From NCBI GenBank assembly GCA_963771465.1, contig CAVYTU010000013.1, positions 416,001-480,000 of the forward strand: DNA of 64,000 bases. Reading direction: 5' to 3'. Origin of the DNA: an uncultured delta proteobacterium. GTDB lineage: Bacteria; Desulfobacterota; Binatia; UBA9968. The notes below the pieces were generated by a model. It worked only from the letters and a program-made list of their open reading frames with translations, ran no database searches and was not told the origin of the DNA. Positions 32,890-43,319 of this stretch are shown piece by piece (positions within the stretch are counted from its first letter, which is position 1; each line of letters opens with the position of its first letter). The translations under genes and the position numbers were made by a program.

Positions 32890-34278
32890 ATGCTCGAGCG
32901 AAATATTATCGATAGCTTCAAAACGCGCTTGCGGGGTCCGCTCCTGCTCCCCGGCGAGCCCGGCTACGACGAGGGGCGCGCGATCTGGAACGCCATGATC
33001 GACCGTCGGCCTGCACTGATTGTGCGCTGCCTCGGCGTTGCCGACGTCATATCGGCCGTGAACTTCGCGCGCGAACACGGCCTTTCCTTGTCCATCAAAG
33101 GTGGCGGTCATAACATCGCGGGCCTTGCCGTGTGTGACGGCGGAGTGATGCTCGACATGTCGCTCATGCGCGGCGTTTGGGTAGACCCGAACGCGGGCAC
33201 GGCCCGCGCCCAACTCGGCTGCCTCTTGGGTGACGTGGACCGCGAGACGCAGATTCACGGTCTTGCCGCAGTACTCGGTTTCGTTTCGATGACGGGCATA
33301 GCCGGCCTCACCCTCGGCGGCGGTTTCGGTTATCTTACGCGCCGATTTGGTTGGAGCTCCGATAACGTCTTGTCGATGGATGTGGTCACCGCGGACGGGC
33401 GCGTGGTGCGGGCAAGCGAAAAAGAGAACAGCGATCTTTTCTGGGGCCTTCGCGGCGGCGGCGGCAATTTTGGCGTCGTGACGAGCTTCGAGTATAAGCT
33501 CTATCCCGTCGGGCCCGAGGTCATGGCAGGCGCCATCGCGTGGTCTGCTGAGCACGCTCGTGATGTGATCGAGATGTACCGCGCTCTCACCGAGCAAGCG
33601 CCGCCCGAGCTCGCTTGCGTCTTGGGACTTCGCATGGCTCCGCCGGCACCGTGGCTTGCGAAAAATATTCATGGCAGACCCATCGTCGCGATGTTCGTTT
33701 GCCATACCGGCGCAATCAAGGAAGGAGAAAAACTAGTCGCCCCGATTAAAGCTTTCGGCTCGCCGGTGGGCGACATTATCCAGCCAAGATCCTATGTGTC
33801 GCAGCAGAGCCTGTTGGATGGGACCCAGCCGAAGGGCCGGCGCTACTACTGGAAATCCGAATATCTGCCCGGGCTCGAGCCGGAAATGTTCGCCACGGCA
33901 ATCGAGCACGCCCAACGGATCGTGTCGCCGCACTCGGCGATCCTGCTCTTTCCTGTCGACGGAGCACTCAACCGGCTCCCGGAAGATCATTCCGCCGTGG
34001 GAAACCGGGACGCTGGGTTTGTGCTCAACATCGCGGCTTCGTGGGAGAAGGCCGAGGACGATCAGGCGAACATCGACTGGTCGCGTGCGGCTTGGCGCGA
34101 TATGCGCCGTTTCTCGACGGGCGGAACCTATGTCAATTTCCTCACCGAGGAGGAGGGTGACGAGCGCATCCACGCCGCCTACGGTAAGAACTACGACCGG
34201 CTCGTTGACGTCAAGACGAAGTGGGACCGGGAGAACTTGTTCCGGACAAACAAGAACATTGCGCCGGCGAAACCTTGA
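32890..34278 (+). CDS. FAD-linked oxidoreductase (VAO/PCMH, berberine bridge enzyme-like)
   Basis: KGGGHN covalent-FAD motif, LFWGLRGGGGNFGVVT, YVNF, KTKWDRENLF. Confidence 0.95.
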   Translation: MLERNIIDSFKTRLRGPLLLPGEPGYDEGRAIWNAMIDRRPALIVRCLGVADVISAVNFAREHGLSLSIKGGGHNIAGLAVCDGGVMLDMSLMRGVWVDPNAGTARAQLGCLLGDVDRETQIHGLAAVLGFVSMTGIAGLTLGGGFGYLTRRFGWSSDNVLSMDVVTADGRVVRASEKENSDLFWGLRGGGGNFGVVTSFEYKLYPVGPEVMAGAIAWSAEHARDVIEMYRALTEQAPPELACVLGLRMAPPAPWLAKNIHGRPIVAMFVCHTGAIKEGEKLVAPIKAFGSPVGDIIQPRSYVSQQSLLDGTQPKGRRYYWKSEYLPGLEPEMFATAIEHAQRIVSPHSAILLFPVDGALNRLPEDHSAVGNRDAGFVLNIAASWEKAEDDQANIDWSRAAWRDMRRFSTGGTYVNFLTEEEGDERIHAAYGKNYDRLVDVKTKWDRENLFRTNKNIAPAKP

Positions 34279-34293
34279 GAAGGAGTATGACGA

Positions 34294-34487
34294 CGCAGTC
34301 ATGACCCACGCTTCGATTCCCAAACAAGAACGCAAGAAGGCGGGACTGGATGATGGACTGATCCGTTTGTCGTGGGAATCGAGCACGTTCAGGATCTTCT
34401 TGAAGACCTGAAGCGAGGCCTGGGCCGGTAAGGCGGGCTGGCCGCGATCGTCCAAAGCGAAAGTGAACGGACTCCCGACTCCTTTTC
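34294..34487 (+). repeat. 194-bp direct repeat, copy 1: orphan 3' end of the cystathionine gamma-lyase gene plus downstream sequence
   Basis: Matches 37613-37806 with a few substitutions and two 1-nt indels. Confidence 0.95.
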
Positions 34488-34705
34488 TCCGCGCGCGTCG
34501 TTTGCGAACCGAGACGAAGGAGCGGACCGAAACGCGTGGCTCTGCTTCTACAATCCCATCACGGTTAGGTTAGTTAAATCGTGTCAGCGAACACCTCCTA
34601 TGAGGGCTTTCTTGTCAGAGTCTTCAAGATCGTCTGTTCACCCGGTGCTACCGTCGATCAGGATGACTACTTGTACTTCCACTGAAAACTGCCTAGCTTC
34701 AATAG

Positions 34706-34960
34706 GTGACAACCCTCATGATCCAACTACCGCCCGAGCACTACGACCTGTTCGTAGCCGCGTGCGAAATTACGTCTCCCGAATATACGATCCTCAAAAA
34801 CAATATAGTCGCCAGGCATCAAAGTAGTGAGGAGCCGCCGATGATCGAGATCATGTGTGACATGGAAGAGGCGAAGCTGCTCCTTGAAACTGCGAGGCGG
34901 CTCTATCCTGAGTCGGTGCCTTTCCTCGAAGACGCGATGAGTGTCGCACCCGAAATTTAG
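34706..34960 (+). CDS. Leaderless ~85-aa family member A5
   Basis: LMIQLPPEHYDLF..EYTILKNNIV..IEIMCDMEEAKLLLETARRLYPESVPFLEDAM; TTGTAC-17-TAGCTT-6-GTG. Confidence 0.75.
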   Translation: MTTLMIQLPPEHYDLFVAACEITSPEYTILKNNIVARHQSSEEPPMIEIMCDMEEAKLLLETARRLYPESVPFLEDAMSVAPEI

Positions 34961-35206
34961 AGTCGCGGTTTTCTGAATCGCCATTTCTCCTATCCGCAGA
35001 AACTCACGACTCCGGCGCGAGATCTATCTGGCAACCATGAGCCTGCGCATCGTACCGCGTTGAATTGCCGAACCGTCAACAAATCAACTCCGTAAAATAT
35101 GCAGCCTGGGAAAGAAATTCGGAAAACCGCGGTGTATACTCATGGTGGCTGGATTGGAAGGTAAAAAAATTCCCAATTCAATTTTGAAATTCGGGAGAGA
35201 ATCAAA

Positions 35207-36584
35207 ATGAAGATCTCCGCCAACGTGCTCGAAGCCGTCGGTAACACTCCGCTCGTCCGTCTCAACCATATTACCGCGGGAATTTCCGCGACGGTCTGTG
35301 CGAAACTCGAGGCGTCCAATCCGGGACAGGAGCGTTAAGGACAGAATCGCGCTCGCGGTGGTCGAGGATGCGGAGAAGAAGGGATTGCTCAAGCCGGGAG
35401 GCACCATCGTCGAGCCCACTTCGGGGAACATGGGAGTGGCGCTGGCGATTGTCGCCGCGGTCAAGGGTTACAAGTGTATCTTTACGATCCCCGACAAAAT
35501 GAGCATCGAAAAGATTCGCCGCCTGCGCGCTTTTGGCGCGGAGGTCGTCGTGACTCCCACGGCGGTGCCGCCGGAATCGCCCCAGTCCTACTATTCGGTT
35601 GCCAGACGTCTTGCCGACGAGATCCCGGGCGCCTATATGCCCATGCAGTACGATAACCTCGCCAACCGGGAAGCTCATTACGCGTCCACGGGTCCTGAGA
35701 TCTGGAAGCAGACCGACGGCAAGATCACTCACTTTGTCGCTGGGATCGGAACCGCAGGGACCATCTCGGGAATTGCCAAATACCTGAAAGAAAAAAATCC
35801 CCAGTGCACGGTTGTCGGAGTCGATCCTGAGGGATCGATCCTCGCCAAGGCTTTCAAGCGCGAGAAATGGTCATGGAGCGACTCACACCCGTACAAGGTC
35901 GAAGGGATCGGCGAGGACTTTGTGCCGAAGAACCTGCTCGTCCAATACATCGACGACGTCGTAACCGTTTCCGACCGCGACTCGTTTCTGATGGGCCGAC
36001 GGCTTACACGGGAAGAGGGTCTCTTCTGTGGAGGATCTTCCGGTTCAGCCGTTGCCGGCGCGCTTGAATACGCTCGCCAGCGGCAGCTCGGCAAGGACAG
36101 CCTTGTCGTCGTCATACTTCCCGACGCGGGAGAAATTTATCTTTCGAAGATGTACTCCGATGAATGGATGCGGCAAAACCAGTTTCTCGGCAAAAGCGCC
36201 CGCGTCGGCGATATTCTCCAATCGAAGCGGCGAAAGCTTCCCGAGCTGCTGTCGGTCGAGATGACATCCAGCGTGCGCGATGCGATCACCACCATGAACC
36301 GATTCGGCGTCTCGCAACTGCCCGTATTCGATAAGGGGAATCTCGTCGGGTCGCTGTGCGAGAGCGTGCTCTTTCAGAGGTCTATGGAGACTCCCGAGGT
36401 GATGGAGCTTACGGTTGGATCTCTGCTCGAGCCGCCGTTTCCCACCATCGGCCCGGACGAAGATATTTATGAGGTCGTGCAGCTCCTCAAGTCTGCCCCG
36501 GCTGTTCTCGTCCGCGACGCGGAGAAGTACCAGGGAATTGTCACACGATTCGACGTCGTGGGTCACATAGGCGGACAGCCCTGA
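35207..36584 (+). CDS. Cystathionine beta-synthase with C-terminal CBS pair (frameshift near 35326)
   Basis: VGNTPLVRL, NPG/SVKDR (PLP Lys), EPTSGN, GTAGT, C-terminal CBS domains. Confidence 0.9.
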
Positions 36585-37751
36585 TGGCACGAAAGAAGGG
36601 CGGCGAGCTTCAGGCAATTTGCCACGCGCGCCATCCACGCCGGACAAGAACCCGAATCCGCGACCGGAGCGATCACTGTTCCGATCTATCAGACCAGCAC
36701 TTTCGCTCAGAGCGCGCCTGGCATCCACAAAGGTTACGACTACTCGAGGACCGACAATCCGACGCGCAGCGCGCTCCAGACCGCGCTCGCGAGCTTGGAG
36801 TCGGCCGAATACTGCCTCGCGTTCTCCTCCGGTATGGGCGCGGCGACCACGGCGATGCTCCTGTTCAAAAAGGGCGATCACGTGGTCTCCTCGCGCGACG
36901 TTTACGGCGGCACCTATCGGCTCTTCAGGGCGGTGCTGGAAAACTTCGGGCTGACATTTTCCTTCGTCGAAACTTCCAGCGTCAGAGAAATCGAGCGCGC
37001 CGTGACACGGCACACCCGGCTTGTCTGGATCGAGTCGCCGACCAACCCGCTGCTCCGCATCACCGACATCAGAGCGGCGGCGAAAATCGCCCATCGCCAC
37101 GGCGCTCTCTGTCTGGTCGACAACACCTTCGCGTCGCCGGTTTTCCAACGGCCCCTCGATCTCGGCGCCGATCTCGTGCTGCACTCGACGACAAAATATC
37201 TGGCGGGACACGCGGACGTCGTCGGCGGAGCGATCTGTCTCAATGAATCCGCGCTCTACAAGCGGCTCAAGTTCCTGCAAAATGCCGCCGGCGCGACGCC
37301 TTCTCCCTTCGACTGCTTCCTCACGCTGCGAGGGATAAAGACTCTCGCGCTGCGCATGCGGGAGCATGAAAAGAACGCGATGCAGATCGCGCGGTTTCTG
37401 CAGGAGCATGCGCGTGTGCGGCGGGTCTATTATCCCGGGCTGGACAATCACCCGGGCCATGATGTCGCGGCTGCGCAAATGGACGGCTTCAGCGGCATCG
37501 TCTCGTTCGAGGTGAAGGGAGGACTCGCGGAAGCGCGCCGCGTTCTAGCGCGCTTGCGCCTCTTCAAAATCGCCGAGAGTCTCGGCGGCGTCGAGTCGCT
37601 CGTCGAGTTGCCCGCAGTCATGACCCACGCCTCGATTCCCAAACAGGAGCGCAAGAAGGCGGGACTGGATGATGGACTGATCCGTTTGTCAGTGGGAATC
37701 GAGCACGTTCAGGATCTTCTTGAGGACCTGAAGCGAGGACTGGGCCGGTAA
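36584..37751 (+). CDS. Cystathionine gamma-lyase/synthase (frameshift near 5' end)
   Basis: ATRAIHAGQ..YDYSR, DNTF, HSTTKYLAGH, AESLGGVESL, IRLSVGIE. Confidence 0.92.
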
Positions 37752-37806
37752 GGCGGGCTGGCCGCGATCGTCCGAAGCGAAAGTGAAAGACTCCCGACTC
37801 CTTTTC
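37613..37806 (+). repeat. 194-bp direct repeat, copy 2 (within and after the intact gene end)
   Basis: See 34294-34487. Confidence 0.95.
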
Positions 37807-37865
37807 GATCGCTTGCTTTGATAATGATCGTGATTCATCCATCAGCTGGCGCCGGCGTGTCGAAC

Positions 37866-38712
37866 TCAACGTCGACGACCGGTGAATACACGTCCAGATT
37901 TGCAGACAGGCTGCTTACGGCGACCGGATCGTTCTAGTGCAAGGCGGGAAAAGAAAAGGGAAGTTGGAAAGGTGAACGGAACTAATAGACCGATGTGTAT
38001 TCTCGAACAGCCTAATCTCGATGTTTGAGTTGTCCCCAATTTAGTCGCTTGCGCCACACGTCCGGACGCCGGTGCGTTTTTGTGTTCCCTATAGAATTCA
38101 TAATCTTTTATGTATCGATCAAGCTCCTGCGTTAGGAAGTTATTCTTCTCCGCAAATGCCCTGATTTCGCCCGGTGTAGCGGGTCGCTCAAGTCCTCCTT
38201 GGTTCAGTGCGTGCCATCCTTTGTAGACCTCTTGGCTCGCGTCGTCAGGGGCATAATGCCCACCGAGAATTAAATAGGAATAGTCAAACTCTGTGACCTT
38301 GTGCCAGTCGCGCTGGATATGTGGAAACTCGGACTCGGATACGCCAATTTTTGTCAAAACCCCAAGCACAGAGTCCTTAAATGCGGTCTCCTCGTCATCC
38401 GTATAACCGCCCATCCTTCCGCTGCGTTTTAGGAGAGACAGCGTCAACTCGGCGATCTGAACAGCCAGTAATCGAAGCTCGGCTATGGCTGTTTCCGCTC
38501 TCGCGCGACAACGTCACGAGTACGAGCTTCTATTCCCTTACTCGAAGCTTTGAATTCTGGGTTCGGTCAAGATTTGCCGCGACAAGCATTGCCAAAAATC
38601 CAGCGCTGCCGGTCCACGTCACTGCTAAGTGCCCTAGAAATCCCGCTGCCAAACCGCCGCACAAAATTACAATACCCACAATCGTGAGAACCCAGCTCAT
38701 CCAGCTATGCAT
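37866..38712 (-). pseudogene. Frameshifted hypothetical membrane-anchored protein (foreign, lower GC)
   Basis: Two-TM N-terminus (38530-38712) appears to continue into the helical ORF 37866-38447 through frameshifts. Confidence 0.5.
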
Positions 38713-38869
38713 TTGCGTACCTCAATTCGGTGTTTCCTACTTATCACCTGATGTATTCGAAGCTTTGGTTTCGACGATTGATCATGTCGCTTTCAGCGGC
38801 CTCAGTCAGAGGCACTCCGGTGAAAACCCTCTCACTTGCGCGAGGGCTTTCCGGTATCCGGACAAGGTG

Positions 38870-39145
38870 TCAATTGGCTGAATGCTGCAAGCCTAGTGCA
38901 CGCCGCGATGTGTGCCAAATGCGTGGATGTGTGATCGGGCGCGGGCTTGCGTGATTACGTCTGCTTGGCTCGTTTACGCGGGAATTAGAATTATGTGTAC
39001 CATCGTCCAAGAGTCCTGTTGTGGTGGTAGTTGCTTGACTGGTTACGCGTCGACCCTTAGCGTCAAGGCCCGTACTAAAGACTTGTACGCCGTCCGTAGT
39101 TACACCGATCACTGTGGTCGGTTGGGTAGTCGTAGAGCTTGCCAT
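38870..39145 (-). CDS. Thr-rich hypothetical protein / probable 5' gene fragment
   Basis: AGGAGG RBS then MASSTTTQPTT; C-terminal half looks non-coding. Confidence 0.3.
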   Translation of the reverse strand: MASSTTTQPTTVIGVTTDGVQVFSTGLDAKGRRVTSQATTTTTGLLDDGTHNSNSRVNEPSRRNHASPRPITHPRIWHTSRRALGLQHSAN

Positions 39146-39533
39146 GAAATCCTCCTGAACTTTGACATTTTTAGAGGTCACGCCGACGGCTCTTTCACAG
39201 ATTGCAGTACGTCTAGCTCTCCGAGCTTCATGGAGAGCCGGATCGTAGGTTCGACAGCCTATATGTCAATCGAATTACCGTGCCGGGGGCGCGGATCGGT
39301 AAATTCTTCCTCTCGGTTCCGTCCCGGTTAATCAGAGGTGCACTTTCCCGCCGTTTGCACGTTGTATGCAAAGACGTGAACAAAAGGAACAAATCAGAGC
39401 CGTGAGAATAAAATCAGCTTTCTGAGGGAATCGATAATCGCAAAAAAAATCGGGAGTGCAGACTGAATCAGAAGAGGAAACGGCCGGCTCGACGGATCTG
39501 CAATTCGCCGCCGGGTTCGAGCCGCCAACATAA

Positions 39534-41107
39534 TCAATACATCGGGCTTTTCACTCGCCACTGAAACGCCGCCATGCGCGTCAGCAGCGCACCAATCAAG
39601 ACGATTACGATTGCCAGAGAGATTTCGGTCGGATCGTAGTCCAGGCGATTCGCGTACCACATCAGAAACACCGATAAGATCAATCCCCAGACCAAGGCGA
39701 TTTCCGCGTAGAACGTTCCTTTGAGAAATGGGTTGTTGGCGTCGCCGCGAATGGCGTCGCGGACGATGCCGCCGCCGGCACCTGTAAGCGCGGCGAGCAC
39801 CGGGCCCCAGAGCCACAAGGGATTTGACTTGGTCTCCACCGCAACGACCACGCCGATCACCGTGAAAGCTGCCAGGCCGAGCGCATCGAAAAAAGCAATC
39901 GCCGCATTCAAACTGATGGTGCGCGCGATCCAATCGTCGTCACCGCCGCCGTGATTTTTCGGCCCCCCAGGCCGGTCCAAGCCGGCGAGTTGAAAGCCGA
40001 GATAGCCGGTCAAAACCGTTACGATCACAGCCACCAGATAGGCCGGGTTGGCCAGCACGCCGACGGTGTCGCGGTTGACCACCAGGTCGCGCATGATGCC
40101 GCCGCCCATCGCCGGCAGCGAAGCGAGAACAAAAGCGCCGAAGAGGCTGTAGTGTCCCTGACGCGCCAAAAGAATCCCCGAGATCGCAAACGCAATCGTG
40201 CCGATGATATCGATCACCAAAAACCAGCGCTGCGCGACCGTCACCTCCAACAGGACGGGAAAAAGATATTCCCGGATGATGCGCGCGTACTGTCCGTTGG
40301 CCTTGAGCTGCTCCAAGCTGCGGTTGAATTCCTCGACCAGAGCGGGACTGGTGGTTTTCTTGCTGAACAGGACGTAAACGTCTTCCGCATAAACCGGCGG
40401 CGACAGCTCCTCGACCGCATGTTGCCAGCCGTGGCGCCACGCCAGAGTCGCTCCGACAAGCCGGTCGACGATGAACGCATCGATCCGATGACTCAACAGG
40501 TTTTCGAAGTTGGCGACGTCGTCGGCGACGGCGATCACACGCGCCTTGTGCGCCGGATCGTTGACGAAGCGCATAATGTCGGGGCCGTAGTAGAATCCGT
40601 TGACTACGCCCAAACGAAGCGACCGCTCCTCGAGTCGGCGCGCCAGCTGGCGCGCGTCTCTCAACGACCAACGCGATGCTTCACCCTTGCGCATGTACAG
40701 GACATCGGTCTCCTTGCGATAGGGCGCCGAGAAATACGCGTACACGGCGCGCTCGGGATTTTTAAACGCTCCGGCGGCAATGTCGCGCACGCCGTTGCTG
40801 ACGTCCAACTGGTGCTGCTTCCAACTTACCTCTTCATAGGAAACCTCGTAGCCCATCTGCGCGAAAACAGTTCGGATCAGTTGCACGTCCAAACCCGTCA
40901 GCCGTTTGACGTCGTGTTGGACGACCACGTGCTGGTACGGGTCCCAGGGATACCAGCCGGACTTGAGCCGTCGATCTTGCGCGACGGTGTCGGGCGGTAA
41001 CAACAGAGCTACGGTGAGATGCGCCGCGGCGAGCAGAAACACAAGCAGCCTGAGTGGAACGACAGGTATCGCAGGACCGGTCGGCGCGCCAATGGCTGTG
41101 CCATCAT
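39534..41107 (-). CDS. Fusion: family-3 periplasmic solute-binding domain + TRIC/UPF0126 membrane domains
   Basis: GWYPWDPY..TGLDV..FSAPY..RIDAFIVD then DIIGTIAFAISG..GGGIMRD and DALGLAAFTVIG..GGGIVRD; true start uncertain (possible 5' frameshift). Confidence 0.85.
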
Positions 41108-41581
41108 GGCTGCAGCCACGGTTCGCGCACGTGGTGCGAACTCCACATCCAGTTTGCTCAAGCGCTTTGTGGGCAGGCATACCAATGAAAAGTGCGGCCT
41201 GTTTTTTCGCACAGGCGCGGGCTGGATACAAGGACACCGTATGTACTTTCGCCAGTTGGCGGGGTGCGAAGAATTGCCACCGCGGTTTGATAAATCTGAT
41301 GGCTGCCCGTATTCAGCGGTTGCGGCCGCGGGAATTTGCTATCGTCGGACTCTAGCTGCAAAGGAGCGCATTCGTCATGCTGCTCGCCTTATGGCTTGTC
41401 ATGCCGCTTTGTTTCGTTCAGCCCGCACGGCCTGTCTTGAATTCAACTCCACAACTTCTTGCTTGCGATCTCTACCGTTTTGAACCGCTATTCCAAAACG
41501 ATCACGCAGTTGAATCCGGTGCGGCGGGCGTTAAGGTAAAAATAAGTCCAGCTAATGGGTTTACTTGGAAGGGAGCGGATA

Positions 41582-42136
41582 ATGGCCAAATGGATTTTCG
41601 AACCGGGACATACGGCGGCGGAGTTTTGTGTGCGTCACATGATGGTGACTTTTGTCCGCGGCCATTTCAAAGATATTCACGGCACGCTTGTCTTCGATCA
41701 GGCGGACCCGGGCGCGACTTCCGTCGAGGCCACGATCGAAGCTTCGGGAATCTGGACAGGTGAAGCGGCGCGCGATGCCCACCTCAAGAGCGAGGACTTT
41801 CTCGACGTGGAGAAACATCCGACGATTACTTTCGCGGGGAAGCACGTCGAACTGGCGGGCGCGAACGAAGCGGTTCTCAGGGGCGAGTTGACGATTCGAG
41901 GTATAACCCGGACGGTGCCGCTCCGCGTCCACTATCTGGGAGAATGGCAGACTCCATGGTGGGAAGATGGCGTGGATAAGGGACCGAAAACTAGGGCGGG
42001 CTTTGCCGCCACCACCACAATCAATCGCCACGACTTCGGCGTGAGCTGGAATAGCACTTTAGACAGGGGTGGCGTCGTCGTCGGCAACATGGTTGAGATC
42101 ACCATCGACGCGGAAGCGATCCTGCAAGACGGATGA
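41582..42136 (+). CDS. YceI family protein
   Basis: HTAAEFCVRHMM..VRGHF, RDAHLKSEDFLDVEKHPTITF, GELTIRG, INRHDFG. Confidence 0.93.
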   Translation: MAKWIFEPGHTAAEFCVRHMMVTFVRGHFKDIHGTLVFDQADPGATSVEATIEASGIWTGEAARDAHLKSEDFLDVEKHPTITFAGKHVELAGANEAVLRGELTIRGITRTVPLRVHYLGEWQTPWWEDGVDKGPKTRAGFAATTTINRHDFGVSWNSTLDRGGVVVGNMVEITIDAEAILQDG

Positions 42137-42201
42137 TCTGCACAGCTTCTTCGAATCGAAATCGGCCTGCTGTAATTGAATCTTCTTCTCACGGCTTCTT
42201 T

Positions 42202-42256
42202 CTCCGGCGCATACACCACGATGCATCCACGGCAGGCCAACTCCTTCGCTGTGGTG
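42202..42256 (-). repeat. Orphan copy (55 bp) of the 3' end of the YncE-like gene
   Basis: Encodes TAKELACRGCIVVYAPE; 3 mismatches versus the gene by manual count. Confidence 0.92.
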
Positions 42257-42409
42257 TTCGGCTTCACCTCGGCGGCGCTCTATGTGATCTGTACCTCTTG
42301 ACGTTTACAGCCCAACGGAAGTAGAAGGAGGCCATGAGCGATCAGAAACACGGCCGCATTTATGGCCGTGCCAGCGTACGACCTCAGTGCCGGAAACTGG
42401 GGAAAGACC

Positions 42410-42589
42410 ATGGCGGAACCAAGGACGTGCGAAGAAATTGGCCTACGCCTGAACGATCTCGCGAATGAATACACCCAAACACTGAACGAAGATCCGCGCC
42501 ACGTTGAGATCGAAAACGAGATATCAGTCCTGTACCTGCAGCGTTACATCTTGCAAAGACTGATAGAGCGCGATCGCCGGGAACACTGA
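42410..42589 (+). CDS. Small helical hypothetical protein
   Basis: MAEPRTCEEIGLRLNDLANEY..EIENEISVL. Confidence 0.4.
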   Translation: MAEPRTCEEIGLRLNDLANEYTQTLNEDPRHVEIENEISVLYLQRYILQRLIERDRREH

Positions 42590-42693
42590 ACCTCGACGCA
42601 GGTTTGTTCGTCTCGCGCGCCAAATGTGCAGTCAGCTTCTGACCCGCGATCCTACACGGGCTTCACGCTCCACGGGCGCCCGCTGATACGAAC

Positions 42694-42951
42694 CTAACAA
42701 TATTGCTTGAGCACTCGTGCCATTTGTTCCAATGCCCGGTCGAGAGCCTTTTGATTCATCAAACAACGGCGACATAGACAAGCAGCGCAGTGGCTTTGCA
42801 TTGGAAAGGCGTGCTGTGGTTGCCATACCACGGCGTGGGAGAAGCACCAACAATCTTGAGCTCCTATTGCGAGGCCGCACTCGTTCCTGGCGCCACAGAG
42901 CGGACAGCGAGTTTGATCGATAGGGGATTTCTTGATCAAGCTTAGTGTCAT
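42694..42951 (-). CDS. Cysteine-rich CWC family protein
   Basis: CPLCGARNECG..DCWCF..CLCRRCL; GAGAGG RBS. Confidence 0.8.
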   Translation of the reverse strand: MTLSLIKKSPIDQTRCPLCGARNECGLAIGAQDCWCFSHAVVWQPQHAFPMQSHCAACLCRRCLMNQKALDRALEQMARVLKQYC

Positions 42952-43132
42952 CGATTTTTCCTCTCATTTTTATGCAGATCGATGAACGAAGGGGACAATG
43001 GCACAAGGCGAACTTCGCCCCTTCAAGCAGGACTCGAATTTCCCGAAGGAATAGACTCTGTCAGAATGTCGGGCTTACTTCCCGCGTCTCCCCTTCGGAG
43101 GTCCGGGTCATGTTCCGTGCGGTTGCACGGCC

Positions 43133-43319
43133 CGTCGGCAGGTCTTCGGACTTGTAGGCGGCAGCCCTTGCCGGGCTAATTTCTACTCGCCGTCGCTTCC
43201 CAGCCCCTAAGAGAGCCAGTGCTTATGACGGCTTTCGTTCCTACTTACCGCTGCGGGGCAGTCCCGGATTTCCACCGGGTTCCCTCTTTCAACGCTTTTA
43301 AACAAAGCGTACCGACAGC
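43133..43319 (-). ncRNA. Cobalamin (B12) riboswitch
   Basis: Minus strand AGGGAA-CCCGGTG-GAAA-TCCGGGACTG-CCCCGCAGCGGTA...CACTG...GGGAAG...AGTCCGAAGACCTGCC (B12 box). Confidence 0.93.

Noticed and set aside
35298-36620. Programmed ribosomal frameshifting in CBS/CGL
   Set aside because: No canonical slippery heptamer at the breaks, and similar indels occur throughout the window
36045-37478. 477-aa minus-strand ORF (and similar long ORFs at 3209-4144, 39951-41000, 51303-52208)
   Set aside because: Antisense shadows of well-supported GC-rich genes; no motifs
34294-37806. DGR interpretation of the CGL end repeat
   Set aside because: Several differences are A versus G, but others are not, most are synonymous, indels are present, the target is a metabolic enzyme, and there is no RT
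38870-39145. Thr/Ser-rich ORF as a RiPP precursor
   Set aside because: No modifying enzymes, transporter or leader motif nearby
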